A DNA stretch of 61,798 nt, the filler included, from Sphacelaria rigidula (lineage: Eukaryota): assembly GCA_964200075.2 (NCBI GenBank). It is 9 parts of 9 records of this genome, joined end to end, with 100 filler letters (N's around TTAATTAATTAA, not from the genome) between each part and the next. Parts side by side here need not be neighbours in the genome. Positions count along the whole stretch, not along the records: positions 6,880 to 13,658 come from CAXNAA020018130.1; positions 13,759 to 20,536 come from CAXNAA020018131.1; positions 20,637 to 27,414 come from CAXNAA020018132.1; 6 more parts are not named here. One strand, 5' to 3'. Position numbers and translations under genes: made by a program. Below, piece by piece: positions 10,990-23,695 of this stretch. Within the stretch, counting starts at the first letter, position 1. Each line of letters begins with the position of its first letter. The notes under the pieces are model-generated. The model was not told where the DNA came from. It searched no databases and was given only the letters and a program-made list of their open reading frames with translations.

Positions 10990-13590
10990 TGGGGGAGTAC
11001 TCATTTGTTGCTTGTCCTAGTCGTATTACAATTGACCACGCATCCCTTTCGAGAGGGAGCGCCGTTCCTACTCCTTATAGGGACACCTCCGGCATTCCGG
11101 CGCTCATTACGGTTAGTCCATGATTCATTACGTTCCTTCCATACATTACACAACACCCACTTACATATCTTTTCCCCGTCCTGTTTCGCCGTCTCTGACC
11201 ACCATCCATCTCCTAGCGTAGCCATCGTTTTCTAGCTACCGTCTAATGCATCAAACGATTTCATCCCATCTTTGTTCACGTCCCGCATGTCCCCCTTTAG
11301 CAGGTGCCGTTCATCCTTGTATTATTTACATTCTGCCGTTATATGAACTCTGCTCTCTATCCCTTTGCCACAGAGGTAGTTCTGTTCATCGACTTCCTCC
11401 TCCTTTCGACGACTGGCATATATATTTCTTCTTCCTGGCAGGTCTAGGTCCCCTACCCGAAATCGCAGTTTCATATTTCTCGCGGCGTCCATTGGGCCAT
11501 GCAAATATGCTTTCAAACCTATCCCCTCTCTCAACCACCCGTATATCTCCAGGTGTTTTTCCTCGTCTACGTTGCGTCTGAGCGTCTTTTCTCCCTTATT
11601 TCTACCATATCTCTTACGTTTGCCTGATACCCCGCGTCTTCAGCCATGAACAGTATTTTGTCTTGGTTTCCTCCTATCTCCTTCAATATTTTCTCGATTT
11701 CTTTATCCCACTTTATTCCATCATTCCCCATCGTAGGTTTCTTCCATATATCCCGATCAACTCTAGCTGACAATCGTTTCCTCTGCATGTTTTTTACGCT
11801 ATACTGCCATCGCAATTTCCTCATGTCTCTGTTTGTTTTTCGTGGATACATGAGCAATGCTACGATAGGGGTGCACTTTTTCGCGAAATATCGTCTACTG
11901 TAAGGGCTCCTGACGATTCTAGTTGCACAAAAATATGGGTCAGGGCATCCCCGTTTGCAAATTCATTCGCGATACCCCTAGCACATTGGAGTAGTAATCC
12001 TCGCGTACTTTCACATATTTTCGTAAGTGGTGTTTTGCATGAGATCAAGGGCTCCTAAGACTGGTAACCTCAGAAAGTATTTGTGCACCCCTACTGTAGC
12101 ATCACTCACATTCCCAACTCTGCTCTCAATGCTGTATTTCTCGTTGTTTCGAGCATCCAAGTATTTTCTTAGCTGCTGTCATCTGTACTGTCTCCAACCT
12201 CTCCACCAACTTCACGTTCCCCTCCCACACTTCTTCCGCATATTTCAGCCTTGGTAAGACCACGTTCATCAGGATACATATTATCTTGATCCTAGTGTCT
12301 AGGCGCGGGTCTCTAAGGATCACGTCCAACCTGCCTATCTGTCCATTACCCTTTTTTATTACTTTGTTCATGTATGTGTGCATCCCAAGAGCAGTTTCTT
12401 GAGATCTCTACACCAAGGTATGTATATTGGTCTACGATCGGCAGTTCCTCTTCTCCTGACTTTCATTTGAACTCTACCGGAGTTTTCTCATCTTCGTTAC
12501 ACACGAGTGCCGCGCACTTGTTGACGTTTGCTGTCACTCTCCATTTCTGAGTGTATTCTAGCGCCTTGTCCATCTGTGCCTGTAATCCTTCTGCTGTTTC
12601 TGAAATCCCCAGAAAATCACCCGCGAACATCAATCCTGATACCATATCTTCACCCACCTTGACCCCTTGCTTTGTTGCTTCTATTGCCGTTATCAAGTCA
12701 TCATGAATACCTTAAACAAAGTGGGTGATCACGTACATCCATGTGCAACACCGTGTAAGATATCGAAGTATTGACATATTTCCCTGTCTAGTGTCATGGC
12801 ACTTTTGACACATTCTGTCACCTTCTTCACCATTCTCCACATCTTTCCCCTGATCCCAGCTCCCCACAACTTCTTCCACGACCCATTTCTCCATACTGTA
12901 TCATGAGCCTTTTGCACGTCCAGAAAGAAACAGCACGGTGTCCGCCCGGCGTCTTTACTACCCCGTATAATCTTACTCAGTGTGTACACACGGTCTACGG
13001 AACTACGTTTTGGTCTAAATCCTGCTTGTCCCTCGCTGATTTTGTCTATTGTTTCTAGCATCGTTCCTACTCTATCGTTCAGAATCTTACAGAATGTTCT
13101 CCCTACCGTGCTCAGTATAGTAATTCCTCTATAGTTTCCTGGGCCAGTCTTGTCTCCTTTTTTGAAAAGATTGACCACTACTCCTTCTCTCCATCTCTTG
13201 GGTGTGTTCTCGTTTTCCCGGATTCAGTTGTACAGCATGACTATCATGGTAATCATTCCGTCTCCCCCGTACTAGCGCACTCCTTTACTTCATCTCTAGT
13301 GAACTCTCTCTGCAACTCCTTTGAGCCGCTACCCTCCCGTTTCGACGTCTCTACATTTACCTTTGCCCACTCATTGCTTTCTTTATCGATTCCCTCGTCG
13401 AACTCCGTAGTGGGCTGTGGTGTTTCTAGTTTATGGTAGTGCTAGACGAGCACTTCTCTCGTTTCCTTCGAACCACTGACCAGTTTACCGTTCTGTGCCC
13501 TGAGTGTAGCTATTCCTTTGTCCATCTTTCCTGCCTGGTTTCTTGTTATCCCTTTTATCCCTCCCCACATTTGTTTCATCCTGCCGTCCC
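10990..13590 (-). mobile_element. 5'-truncated LINE (RTE-X-like ORF2: RT and C-terminal Cys/His motif), degenerate
   Basis: LFKKGD...NYRGITILS, QAGFRPKRS, FFLDVQKAHD, GVAHGC, LMFAGDF, YTYLGV, then CGKGIESRVHITAEC. Several stops and frameshifts. The clade call is inference. Confidence 0.92.
11852..12107. mobile_element. 256-bp MITE with GAG...CTC termini and 4-bp TSD (Sola-like), inserted in the LINE
   Basis: TIRs GAGCAATGCTACGATAGGGGTGCAC / GTGCACCCCTACTGTAGCATCACTC; ACAT at 11848-11851 and 12108-12111. The related LINE copy has the empty site (GTACATTCCC, ~23167). Confidence 0.85.
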
Positions 13591-13819
13591 TCACCGGAGG
13601 GGAGGAGAAGCGCATTCTGGCTTGCGAGAGCCGTATTGATTTAACTCATCAAGATTTTNNNNNNNNNNNNNNNNNNNNNNNNNNNNNNNNNNNNNNNNNN
13701 NNTTAATTAATTAANNNNNNNNNNNNNNNNNNNNNNNNNNNNNNNNNNNNNNNNNNNNGGTTTGGTGTTGTGGTGGGGGGGGGGGGGGAGGGGGGGGGGG
13801 GGGGGGGGGGGGGGGGCAG

Positions 13820-15325
13820 GAAGGAAGCAACAGACGGACGAAAATGGGCACTTCGGGTTGGTCACCCCGTAATTCCTGGACGTAGCAGGAACACGAGAAC
13901 TTCGAGGACCTGTGAGATGCAGACCCTCCCATCCTGCTACACCCCCACATCTAACACACAGAGTGCGGAAAATCATTACTTTTTTTTCTTAACAGGAAGA
14001 ACGGATTAACTTACACTCACAAGATCCGAGGCGGGAAAGGGGAGGTGAAAGGGTCAGGTGAAGGACTCCACCACAACTTGGGGAAGAACGTACCAAGGGT
14101 GAAATTGCCGCTATCACGGATACTCCCTGGTTTCATCACGGAAACACAGTGCAAGCAAAACGAGCGCTGAGAGCGTTGGATGGGAGTGCCGCTGCCTCCA
14201 GGAATGACCGGTGACCGACCGCAAAAGCAACGCTCGCTTGGCTCGCCCCATGTCTCCACGATAAGAACCAAGAAGGCACTCGAACAATTTTCGCACTCGA
14301 GCGCTAAAAAAGAGTGTGTATCCTTCATCACGGAACTTTCACCCCGGGTACGTACTTCCGCAAATTGTGGGGGAGTCTTGAACCTGCCCCTCTACACTCT
14401 CCGTCCCTGCCTCCGATCATGTGAGTCCAAATTGATCAGTCCTCGCGGTGATCACAAGAAGACTTTTTTTCGCACTTTGCGTTTTTTTTCGGTCGCCACA
14501 AGCAGCAGCAAGAAACAAACGACTCCACTGGAGTGCAAAAAAAACAAAAAAAAACATACGAAGAGAACGTGTGATTGACTTGCAGCAAGTTTGAACCCAG
14601 AACCTGGACCTTGCATATGTAGTATCAGCGTGCTCCGTATTCACCATCTCCAGCACAAGTGCCTGCAGATCTTTCCTCTATCTCACAGTTTTCTTCATCG
14701 AGCTTTGTTTTTCCCGTTTTTCCAACCCTTTGATCGCGAGAAGAAGTCATCGCTTGAATCAGCATCAACTTCACTCGAAAAAATCTCTGCATGATCAGAT
14801 GATCTCGCTCTCGCGATTGTAGGGTCAAGTAAGCTCGGCTAGGTCCATCCTGTGACCATGTGCAACAACGGATCAAAATAGCCGGCAAAACAATCGAACA
14901 GTTGTTCCTACAGCCCCCTTACCCAAAGCCCCGGCAGGACGAACGCCTAGTGAGGGTTTGTTGTCTTATACCTGTAGTCTGTACTGGATCATGACCTGGC
15001 GCACACGACGGTCCACCTTTGCCTAATTTTCTACAGTGAACTCTTTCATTTTCTGTTCTCTATTTCGTTCTCCATTTCTCTCTCCCTTCATAGATATTTC
15101 CGCTTTTTGTTCTTCTCGAATTTCCTTCATCGACTGTTTTCTTTCATCTTTATTCTAGCCTCCCGCACGTCAAATGCGGTAGAGTCAAGCCATGAATCAC
15201 ACATCACTCACATCCAGAAGGCGGACTCCGTCCTCGTGTTTTGTCCCTTCCACTCTTGCCAAGTACCACTTCTTCTTGCCTCCTGAGGTGCCGGACAGCT
15301 CTACCTCAGAGTTCACCCTAAGGTC
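13820..15325 (-). pseudogene. Multi-exon degenerate gene or spliced non-coding transcript
   Basis: Clean exon 15212-15325 (acceptor TTTTTCTTTACCGAATCGCAG, donor GTGAGT) encodes DLRVNSEVEL...KKKWYLARVEG, Tudor/Agenet-like. Further donors at 14971 (GTATAA), ~14548 (GTATGT) and 14020 (GTGAGT), and an acceptor at 13910. The intervening exons contain in-frame stops. Confidence 0.35.
14043..14399 (-). ncRNA. Candidate long RNA hairpin (pre-miRNA/siRNA-like foldback)
   Basis: Imperfect inverted arms 14043-14125/14315-14399 and 14127-14169/14228-14271. Transitions between the arms are strongly biased to G-U pairs on the minus strand. Confidence 0.45.
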
Positions 15326-15386
15326 CTGCGATTCGGTAAAGAAAAAGCAAATTAGCAAGGAGCCCCAGTCATTTTCCAGAAATATA

Positions 15387-15570
15387 CACGCACCAACTGT
15401 CGTTCATTTTCAGATGAAGGCACTCACTCACTATTTCTTTCATTCTTTGGATAAAAATTCCACCCACTGCGTCATTCATTTTCAGAACAACACTCACCCA
15501 CTGTTGTGTCATTCGTTTTCATCAAAATAACAACCCACCATGTCATTCATTTATGTAGAAGAAAACACCC
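15387..15570. repeat. Degenerate minisatellite (~35-bp unit CACCCACTG...TCATTCATTTT)
   Basis: About five diverged consecutive units. Confidence 0.6.
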
Positions 15571-16897
15571 ATATATAATGTCATTAGAAAACACATACAC
15601 CGAAAAAACAAAAAAAAATCATGTACACAACGACCACAACAGATCACAAAAAAATATACGGGTAGTGAGGTAAATAGAAAAAACAAAATTCGCACGACGA
15701 GCCCTATCAAGCAAGGCGCATGGCGTATTAGGTGTCGTGTGCCATATTGTATAATGTAGGGTAGTGTTAGGAGAATGACGGCAAACACGAAAAGACAAGG
15801 ATGACACCGTCATTTCTCACGGCTCTCGTTTTTCATTTCACTTCATTCATATCAATTTGTCAACATTGGTCGGTCATTACCCAGAGATTGGGTTCTTGCT
15901 TCTGACTGGGCATACATACCTACATACAAACTATATTCATAACTGGACTTTCATGCAGAGCGTTGTTCGGATATTCATGCTCAAGCTACTTGCTTGTACC
16001 ATAAACAATAACGTACTCTCCATACACCGACAAAAACTGAAGCATTCACCTGTTCCACGGGTTGAAGTTCATCCCCCCCCCCCCTCCCTCCCCCCTCTCC
16101 CCCATCCCTTCCCCTGGGTATCCACTCTCCTGAATCCCGACGTACCTCTCTCCAGTGCGGGGTGTAGGTATGTAACTTCTGAAGAGTCGCCGAAGATCGC
16201 TCGATGACCTCGTCCCAAGTATCGCTCCACCCCAAGAAATGCACCTGTTTCATGTAATAGAAAAAAGAAGGGAGAAAAAACTGGACTGTCATGATACGTG
16301 TATGGCCGGCCGATAGAGAAATGCTCAGCATCACTTTTTATTAACTCCGCACATTAGCCCGATATTTCGAACCCGTGCTCACAGACGTCGGCTCGTATTT
16401 CCATCACCGTCTCTCGTATTCCTTACAAGATGATACCATGCAATTTCATTTCACGAGGGCAGACGTTAATTGTAGCTCATACCGGTATGGTTATTATTAA
16501 ATTTTTTGTTAACATAATAATACTTTATACATTTGAGAGATTATTTTCTTGGGAAAAAAACGTGGGAAAAAACACCCTCGAAACAACTGTACTTCGAAGT
16601 GCCTCCTTTGTTTGCAATGATATCAATGCTCGATATGTGAGGCTGCTCCTAACGCAGCGGCCTATTCTTCTGACTTTTACAAGACGACAGGGCGCTCAAT
16701 TTTCAAATTTTAGGATCGAAAAAAAAGCATGTTTTACGATTTTTTTCAAAGTCGAAAATGGGGTGGGGGGGAACGCTTCGTGACGGAAGATTGATCCTCA
16801 CGGGGGCGTTAGCTTTTTGATGCACCTTCAACACACATACACACTGTTATTATCTTCTGGGTTGATCATGGTTACTACCTCTTCTACATACATCACC

Positions 16898-17725
16898 CAC
16901 GAGCTGAGCAAGCCTAGAAGCGGATTTGTAGTTTGCGGGGTCATCCTCCTATCATTGTTTTAGAGTCGACCCCTGGAATTTGGTGTAGATAGTGAAGGAG
17001 CATTATTCACGAAGCATTCATCGACCCAAGGATTTTTTTTTCTTTGAATTTCAACGGAATTTTATCGAGACCTGAAAAGTGATTATGGCTAGCTCATGAA
17101 CAAAAAAGTATTTGGGTTGATGAATCATGTTTTCGATTATGCCTTCATTTTCTATACCAAATCTCAGAGGCCAACCCTAAAAATTGAGAGGAGAATGGAC
17201 CATTCAGTAATCGGGGTAGAAATTCGGAACAATATTTCGCAGGCCACTTACCGGCCCACGTTTGGTGTTTGTGTATCGAAATTTCTTGTGGGACCTCGCT
17301 GGGGCATGCGAACCAAAAATCGATCAGGTTGGTTTTCGTTCATTTTTCAATGGTTTAGGGCGTTTTAGGATGGTAACGACCAGTTTTTTACGAGAACGCC
17401 CTGATCTATCAAAAAACAAAAAAATGGGTCAATTTCGTTCAGCATGCCTTTGTGATTCCCCATGCTAAGTTTCAAACCATCGAACTCAAAATTGAGCTAG
17501 AAAACTGAGATAATGTCAAGGAGCAATGCTCCGTCTCCCGACCAACTGCCCCCAAAAGACGAGGAAAATGGATGAAAAAAGTGGAAGTGAAGGGACTTTT
17601 TTTCTTTTAATATGCACGAGTTATTCTTCACACAAAAATTTCAAAGCACAACTCTCGAAAACTGAGACGCGATATTCAGATTTAGTCAATTCAGTGTCTA
17701 CGCTCGTAATGTATTGATCATAGTA
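16898..17725 (+). repeat. Dispersed ~830-bp non-coding repeat, copy 1
   Basis: Collinear blocks shared with 35413-36271, e.g. GAAATTCGGAACAATATTT, TTTTTTACGAGAACGCC and CAACTCTC(G/A)AAAACTGAG. Confidence 0.8.
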
Positions 17726-19104
17726 TGGAACCTTGTGTGCGCCATATCTCGACATCATGACTTAGGTAAAGGTAAGTGTATCTATCGTTTCCCCGTGCTC
17801 CAGGGAATGCCCACACAAAAAATCGTCAACATCCGCTGTATACATCGTTTGGGGTTCCATACAGACTAGTACCAGTATGGACGCTATCTCTGTACGGTAT
17901 AGGACTTCCTCGACATGGGGTTCAATCAATGAAAAAAAATGGCCCAGATTCTTGAGCGGATGGGCACTTTCCCTTTCATAAGACGATTAATACGATATAT
18001 GCGGATCACGGCCCAACTCGTCTGTGTAGATGAAGGACTGCCGTGAGAGCTTAAACCCGTTTTTAGCCTGGACCAGCCTGTTATCACCTTGACTTTCTTG
18101 GTATCTCCGTCTGGATTAACTTGGGTCACCTTTGCCTCGAACCAGATTTTATCCCTATCCCTGCGGAAGGGGTGGAGAAAACAAGCAAAGGAGGGAGAGA
18201 GAGAAGAGAAGAGAAGAGGAGGGAGAGTGGGGGGGTAAAACAGCGATTAGAAGAATACTTCCTCTGTCCCATAAGTCTGTGCCGTTATGCACGTTTGATC
18301 GTTCAGGTATTTCAACGTTGACGATCATCCTACAGTTGGGTTCGTTAGAGAGATAACGCGCAGACGGAGCTGACTCAACAATATGAAGGGAGACGAAAAC
18401 TTGTTTTCAATAATAAATTAGGTCGACACATACCCCATTTCGACCCTTTTTGGTCCATTTATACCCCACTGTTGCCCGATTTTGGACGTTTTCACGTCGA
18501 GGACTAGCGATTACATGCTGAAAAGTTGTTAGATGAGGCGTGCGTAGGTTAACTTTACGGAGATATCCAAATCAGTGGTGGTTTCGCGGTTTTCACTTTT
18601 TTTTCACGATTTTTTCGCGATTGCCAGGTCTACTATGCTTTACAGAGAAAAAAAGCGAAAAATGGTATTATTTTGACAGACTCACTTCTTCTCGGTCGCG
18701 AGGCTGCATGGGTCAAGCACCCACGTTGCAGAAAGGCTGTTGTTTTTAGCTAAAAAACGCCAACCAATGCAACCAAAAAATCGAAAATCAAATCGGACAT
18801 CGTTAAGGGCTCATACAAACATAACGGCACAGACTTGTGCGACAGAGGAAGTATCAGCAGAAGAACACAGCATAAAATGAAATTTTTGGAGAAGAAAGTT
18901 CAAAGGATAAAAAACACCGCACCCTTCAACGTAACTATCTGACGGCAATGGCAACCACCGGCCACAACACGAAATACTTTACACACAAAACAACCAAAAT
19001 ACAAGCAATCAACAAGGGAACAAACGGAGACAACGACAGAGGAAGTAATTGAATTGATTGATTCACACCCTGGACAAAACAAAATGATCACAATGTTTAT
19101 TGAT

Positions 19105-19435
19105 TGATTATGTTGGAATATTGCGATATATTACCGGCGTATAATATTTTGGTACCTTTGGACTGCACATATATTGCGCACCCAATAAATATGTATACAT
19201 TTGTGTCGTTGGACTGAATACATATTGCGCACCCAATATATATATATATATATATTGGTACCGTGGGATTACACACGTGTTGTCCCATCAACATACACAC
19301 TGGGGCAGTGTGGGCGACGACATATTGCGCGACCAACATATATTCGGGTCACATTGGTGAGAACATATTGACCGGTCAATATGTATTGGGATCGCGTCGG
19401 TGCAAATGTTTTGGCCGGTCAAAATATATTGGATA
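19105..19435. repeat. AT-rich degenerate array of ATATATTGCGCACCCAAT-like motifs
   Basis: Many recurrences of ATATTG(CGC) in both orientations. Confidence 0.6.
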
Positions 19436-20797
19436 TTATGAGTATGATGTACGCTTTGAGAAAGATCCAGACGCGATGGATGCCGGAGCCCGTGCAGATT
19501 GGGAAAGTCCTAAAAGGAAGCCGCAGAACTTCTGCGTGCATGGCTGCGCGGAGTTGTCGAATGAGTCATTGGTCGGAGAATATGGTGGCAGTAGGGGCGA
19601 CCCGCTATATTTAGTATCGGGCGCCTAAACTATTCTTGTTCAGGATGGTTTTCCCTCGCAACTACTCTTCGATACAACTCGAGAGCACTAGCGTCGGTAG
19701 ATTTTGTGAAAATGAACCGATCGTCTTCCTCCCTCCAGTGCCAACTTGGTGTTGGTTGGTTTTATCGGGCGATACGAGTAGATACACCCCGTTCACCAGT
19801 AGGGTGTCATTGACCGTGAAACACAGTTTTTCGGATCTAGTGCAATGAGTAGATAAATTTAAATATATATTTATTACATTTCTTCACAGATACGATCGGG
19901 ACAGGCTCGATCGACCGAAAACACCGAAATTCACAACATGGGCTGAAACGTGTCAGGACCCCCTATGACCGGTCAGTCCGTAAGTCACTCAAAATTGAGT
20001 ACAGGTGTTCTTCTTTCTGTTGTAATGTGAAGCGGATACGGGTATCTTCAGATCCCCAACGTGATGAGCGGTGGAGAGCGAAAGAGCCCAAGAAAATCGC
20101 CAATTACAAAGAAATTACATGATGAATAATTCAGGCGCCTATTACTGTATTTATATGACCTCTGATACCTATCTGGCCACCGGTGCGGTGCCGCCCATCC
20201 CCTTGAAAGTGTGTAATATCTCTTCGCTCAACAGTACGACGGCAGAAAACGCGGGTCCATATGCGCCTCTTGTACCCTGCTGGTCACCGGTGCTGTGTCG
20301 CCAATACCCTGGACAGTACAATAAATTTCAATATGATACAAATACTCTCTAGTGCAGACAGCGCAAATGCTTTCCTCTCCAAATATATTTTGTGTCTAGA
20401 TGGCCTTGGAGACATTGAAGCAATAACATACATCACTCGTCTCATGATCGCGAAGTCATGCATGACTACGAGCTGGGCCAGCTTAAAAGCTGCTAAAAGT
20501 TGCTCACACCACAGCTTCCCCAGTTCGACGAATGAANNNNNNNNNNNNNNNNNNNNNNNNNNNNNNNNNNNNNNNNNNNNTTAATTAATTAANNNNNNNN
20601 NNNNNNNNNNNNNNNNNNNNNNNNNNNNNNNNNNNNAAAAAAAAAAAAAAAAAAAAAAAAAAGAAGAACAAAAAAAAAAAAAATATAGGGGAGGCAGGCA
20701 GTGGGGCGGCGGGGGTGGGGGGGGGGGGGGGGGGGGGGGGGGCTCAGTGTCCGAAATCATTATCTCGACAGACCCTTGGTTGAACATCGAAATAGGC

Positions 20798-21019
20798 TTC
20801 AACTCCCAAACAATGCTTCCCCGGACCTAGAGTTATGACAAATGACATTAATATATTATATGGACGGCCTTTTCACCTGGTCTCGCACATACCCTATGGG
20901 AAAAAGGAACGCGGGAAACCCCACAGAATAGCTTCAAGGGATTCGGCGGGCTTGAGGTCGTCCATGTGAAAGTCATTTATCATGACTTTATGTCAGGGAA
21001 ATGGTTGTTTGGAGTTGAA
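20798..21019. repeat. Decayed foldback/MITE
   Basis: Arms ~20798-20869 and ~20956-21019 are diverged reverse complements (TTCAACTCC...GGAGTTGAA). Confidence 0.65.
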
Positions 21020-21584
21020 CTTCATGTTAATGCCGAACCTCGTGTTCGAAAACAATCTTGAAACCGTCTCTAGATCTTTCATGATTCCTCTGGTTTTCGC
21101 ACCCGCTGCGCTATCACCCCCCCTGATTCGGAGGAGTGATTAGCTCTCACCTCCGCTCCCGCCCACGCCGTGGTTATCGCAAGCCCCTCTGTCATCGCGT
21201 CGTGCGATCTATCACGACCGAGTATGTAGGACTTCACAGTGAGGGGCGTGTGTCACGTCCCTCCGCGCGGTACACGATGATCGTCCGGGCGGAGTGCGTG
21301 CTGAAACATTCTGGGTGCCCGTGACAGCATCTCAATTCATGAATCTCTTCGCCGATTTTCAGAAGCATCATTTACGCTAGATACTCGTGACGGCATCGAC
21401 GATAATAACCCACCTGACGGCTGTGGTTGCTGCCTGTGGGTGATCAGTCTTTCGGTTCGCAGGTGAATGATTGAGCGGGATCGAGCGTTTGTTAGATTCC
21501 ATTGGTAACCATGGGTCATCCACCCATGGGTGCTGAATGCCTGCTAACGGGCACCCCTTTCGCTTTGAGACATTTTCTACGATA

Positions 21585-21797
21585 GCCCTCCCGGAAAAAA
21601 GTGCATGGTTTTGGGAGGCACATCTTCACGTCAATCGAAATGAGGGAAGCCGAGCACAACGAACATCTGGGAATTCCCACGCTTGCGTTCGTTCCAGCCA
21701 ATGCCGCCAATATGAGGCGCTTCATGCAACCTGAACCCAAACATCAAGCGCCGCATGGTCATTTTTTCGTGAGACTTTTGGGCTGGTTTGGGGGGGA
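21585..21797 (+). mobile_element. Isolated LINE 3' UTR fragment
   Basis: Diverged reverse complement of 22100-22325, the 3' end of the adjacent LINE copy. Confidence 0.65.
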
Positions 21798-22099
21798 GCT
21801 ATCGTAAAAAGTGTCTTGACTATATGCCTACAGTCAGAATGATTACCCTTTATGACTCGCAAGCAGGTGAAGCCACCCATGAGCAACCATGAACACTCAC
21901 GTGCGTATGCAATGAATATAATCTCGCGGGTATGTTGGCCTCAACAGTGCTGGTATACTTGTGTCGATTAGTGTCTAAAAATACATTGCAGAACAGCAGC
22001 AATTAATTGTAGAACATTATCCATCACTGACCCACCACGTATGTGTTGTCGTTGTGCAGTAGTCCTATCTACAATATCACTGATACTTTCTGCGATTGC

Positions 22100-23330
22100 C
22101 CCCACACACACACACACCAGCCTAAATCTGTCGCGAAGAAAAGGGTCATACAGCGTCTGATGTTTGGTTTCAGGCCGCACGAAGCGCCTCGTAGGGGCGC
22201 CATTGGCGAAAACGAACCCAAGCGTGGAAATTCCCAGCTGCTCGTTGTGCTCGGCTTCTTTTCATTTTGATTTACTGTACGTGTAGACTTTGCCTCCCCA
22301 ACCCAGCCACTTCGGGGGGGAGGGGCGTACTGAGTTGTCGCATGCCTTAGTCATGTGACCATTGACCACGCACCCTCCTCGAGACGGAGCACCGTTCCTA
22401 CTCCTGATCATGGAGCCACCTCCAACACTCCAGCGCTCATTACGTGTCTTCCATAGATTACACAAAAACGTTATACATATCTTATCCCCGTCCTGTTTCG
22501 CCGTCTCTGACCACAATCTATCTCCCAGTTTAGCCATCGTTTTCTTCCTACTGTCTATTGTAATGCATCAAACGACTTCATGGTATCTTCGTTTAGGTCC
22601 CGCATTTCCCCCCGTAGCACGTCCCGTTTCTCCTTGTATAGCTCACATTCCGCCACTATATGACTTCTGCTCTCTATTCCTTTACCACAGAAATAGTTCT
22701 GTCCATCTACTTCCTCATCCTTTCGACGGCTGGTATATCTCTTTCTTTTTTCTGGCAGGTCCAGGTCCCTCATCCGAAATCGCAGTTTCATATTTTTCTC
22801 AGTGTCCATTGGGCCATGCAAATATGATTTCTTCCCTCTATCCCCTCTCTCAACCATACCCTTACATCTCTCGGTGTTCTTCCTCGTCTACTTTGCGTCT
22901 GAGTGCTCCTTTTTTCTTTATCATTATCACATCTCTTACTGTTGCCTTGTACCCCGCGCCTTCACCTATGGACAGTATTTTGTCTTGGTTTCCTCCTATC
23001 TCCTTCCATACTTCTCGACTTTTTCATCCCACCTTATTCCACCATTTCCTATCGTGGTTTTCTTCCAAACAGCCTCAACAACCATAGCTGGCAATCTCTT
23101 TCTCTGAATTTTCTCAACGCTATATTGCCATCGCAATTTCCTCATGTCTCTGTTTGTTTCAAGAGAGTACATTCCCAACTCTGCTCTCAAAACTGTAGTG
23201 CTCGTCGTTTTCGAGCATCCAAATATTTTCTTAGCTGCTGCCATCTGTACTGTTTCCAACCTCTCCACCAACTTCACGTACGCCTCCCATACTTCTCCTG
23301 CATATTTCAGCTTTGGCACGATCACGTTCA
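22100..23330 (-). mobile_element. 5'-truncated LINE, same family as 10990-13590
   Basis: PKLKYAGEVWE...LETVQMAAAKKI, LRFRMRDLDLPE, CGKGIESRSHIVAEC; ends in a (TG)n-like tail at ~22100-22118. Confidence 0.9.
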
Positions 23331-23695
23331 AGGGGGGGGGTGGGGGCTATCGCAGAAATTGTCCACTGACCCACCCTGTACGTGTGCGTTAACTTTCCCT
23401 GCGCTACACATGATGACCGTGACGTATTCTTCTGTACAGTATATGCTTTATCACCAGAGTCGGCGGCGGCGGGCGGCGTTACGAGCATCCCTCTCCCAAC
23501 AGTTTGGATATCGCCACCTTAGAAAATGGGCCATTTTCTGTTTTTGAAATATGCCATATTCCAACGAACACCGGTGCAGAAGAGTTTGTCTTGTTCCCTG
23601 TCTCACAGTTCCGAGAGGGGAGGGAAACACCCTCCAGTCACCAGCACAGTGCCTTAAGGTGACCACGGGCATCTGCCGCGTGCGGTGCAAGAAAG

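Noticed and set aside
13774..13816. Long G runs as G-quadruplex elements (similar runs at ~20703-20742, 27316-27340 and 61758-61791)
   Set aside because: They sit near contig ends where homopolymer length is unreliable, and nothing supports a function.
21585..22325. A MITE defined by the inverted repeat
   Set aside because: The right arm is continuous with the LINE 3' end, and no TSD was seen.
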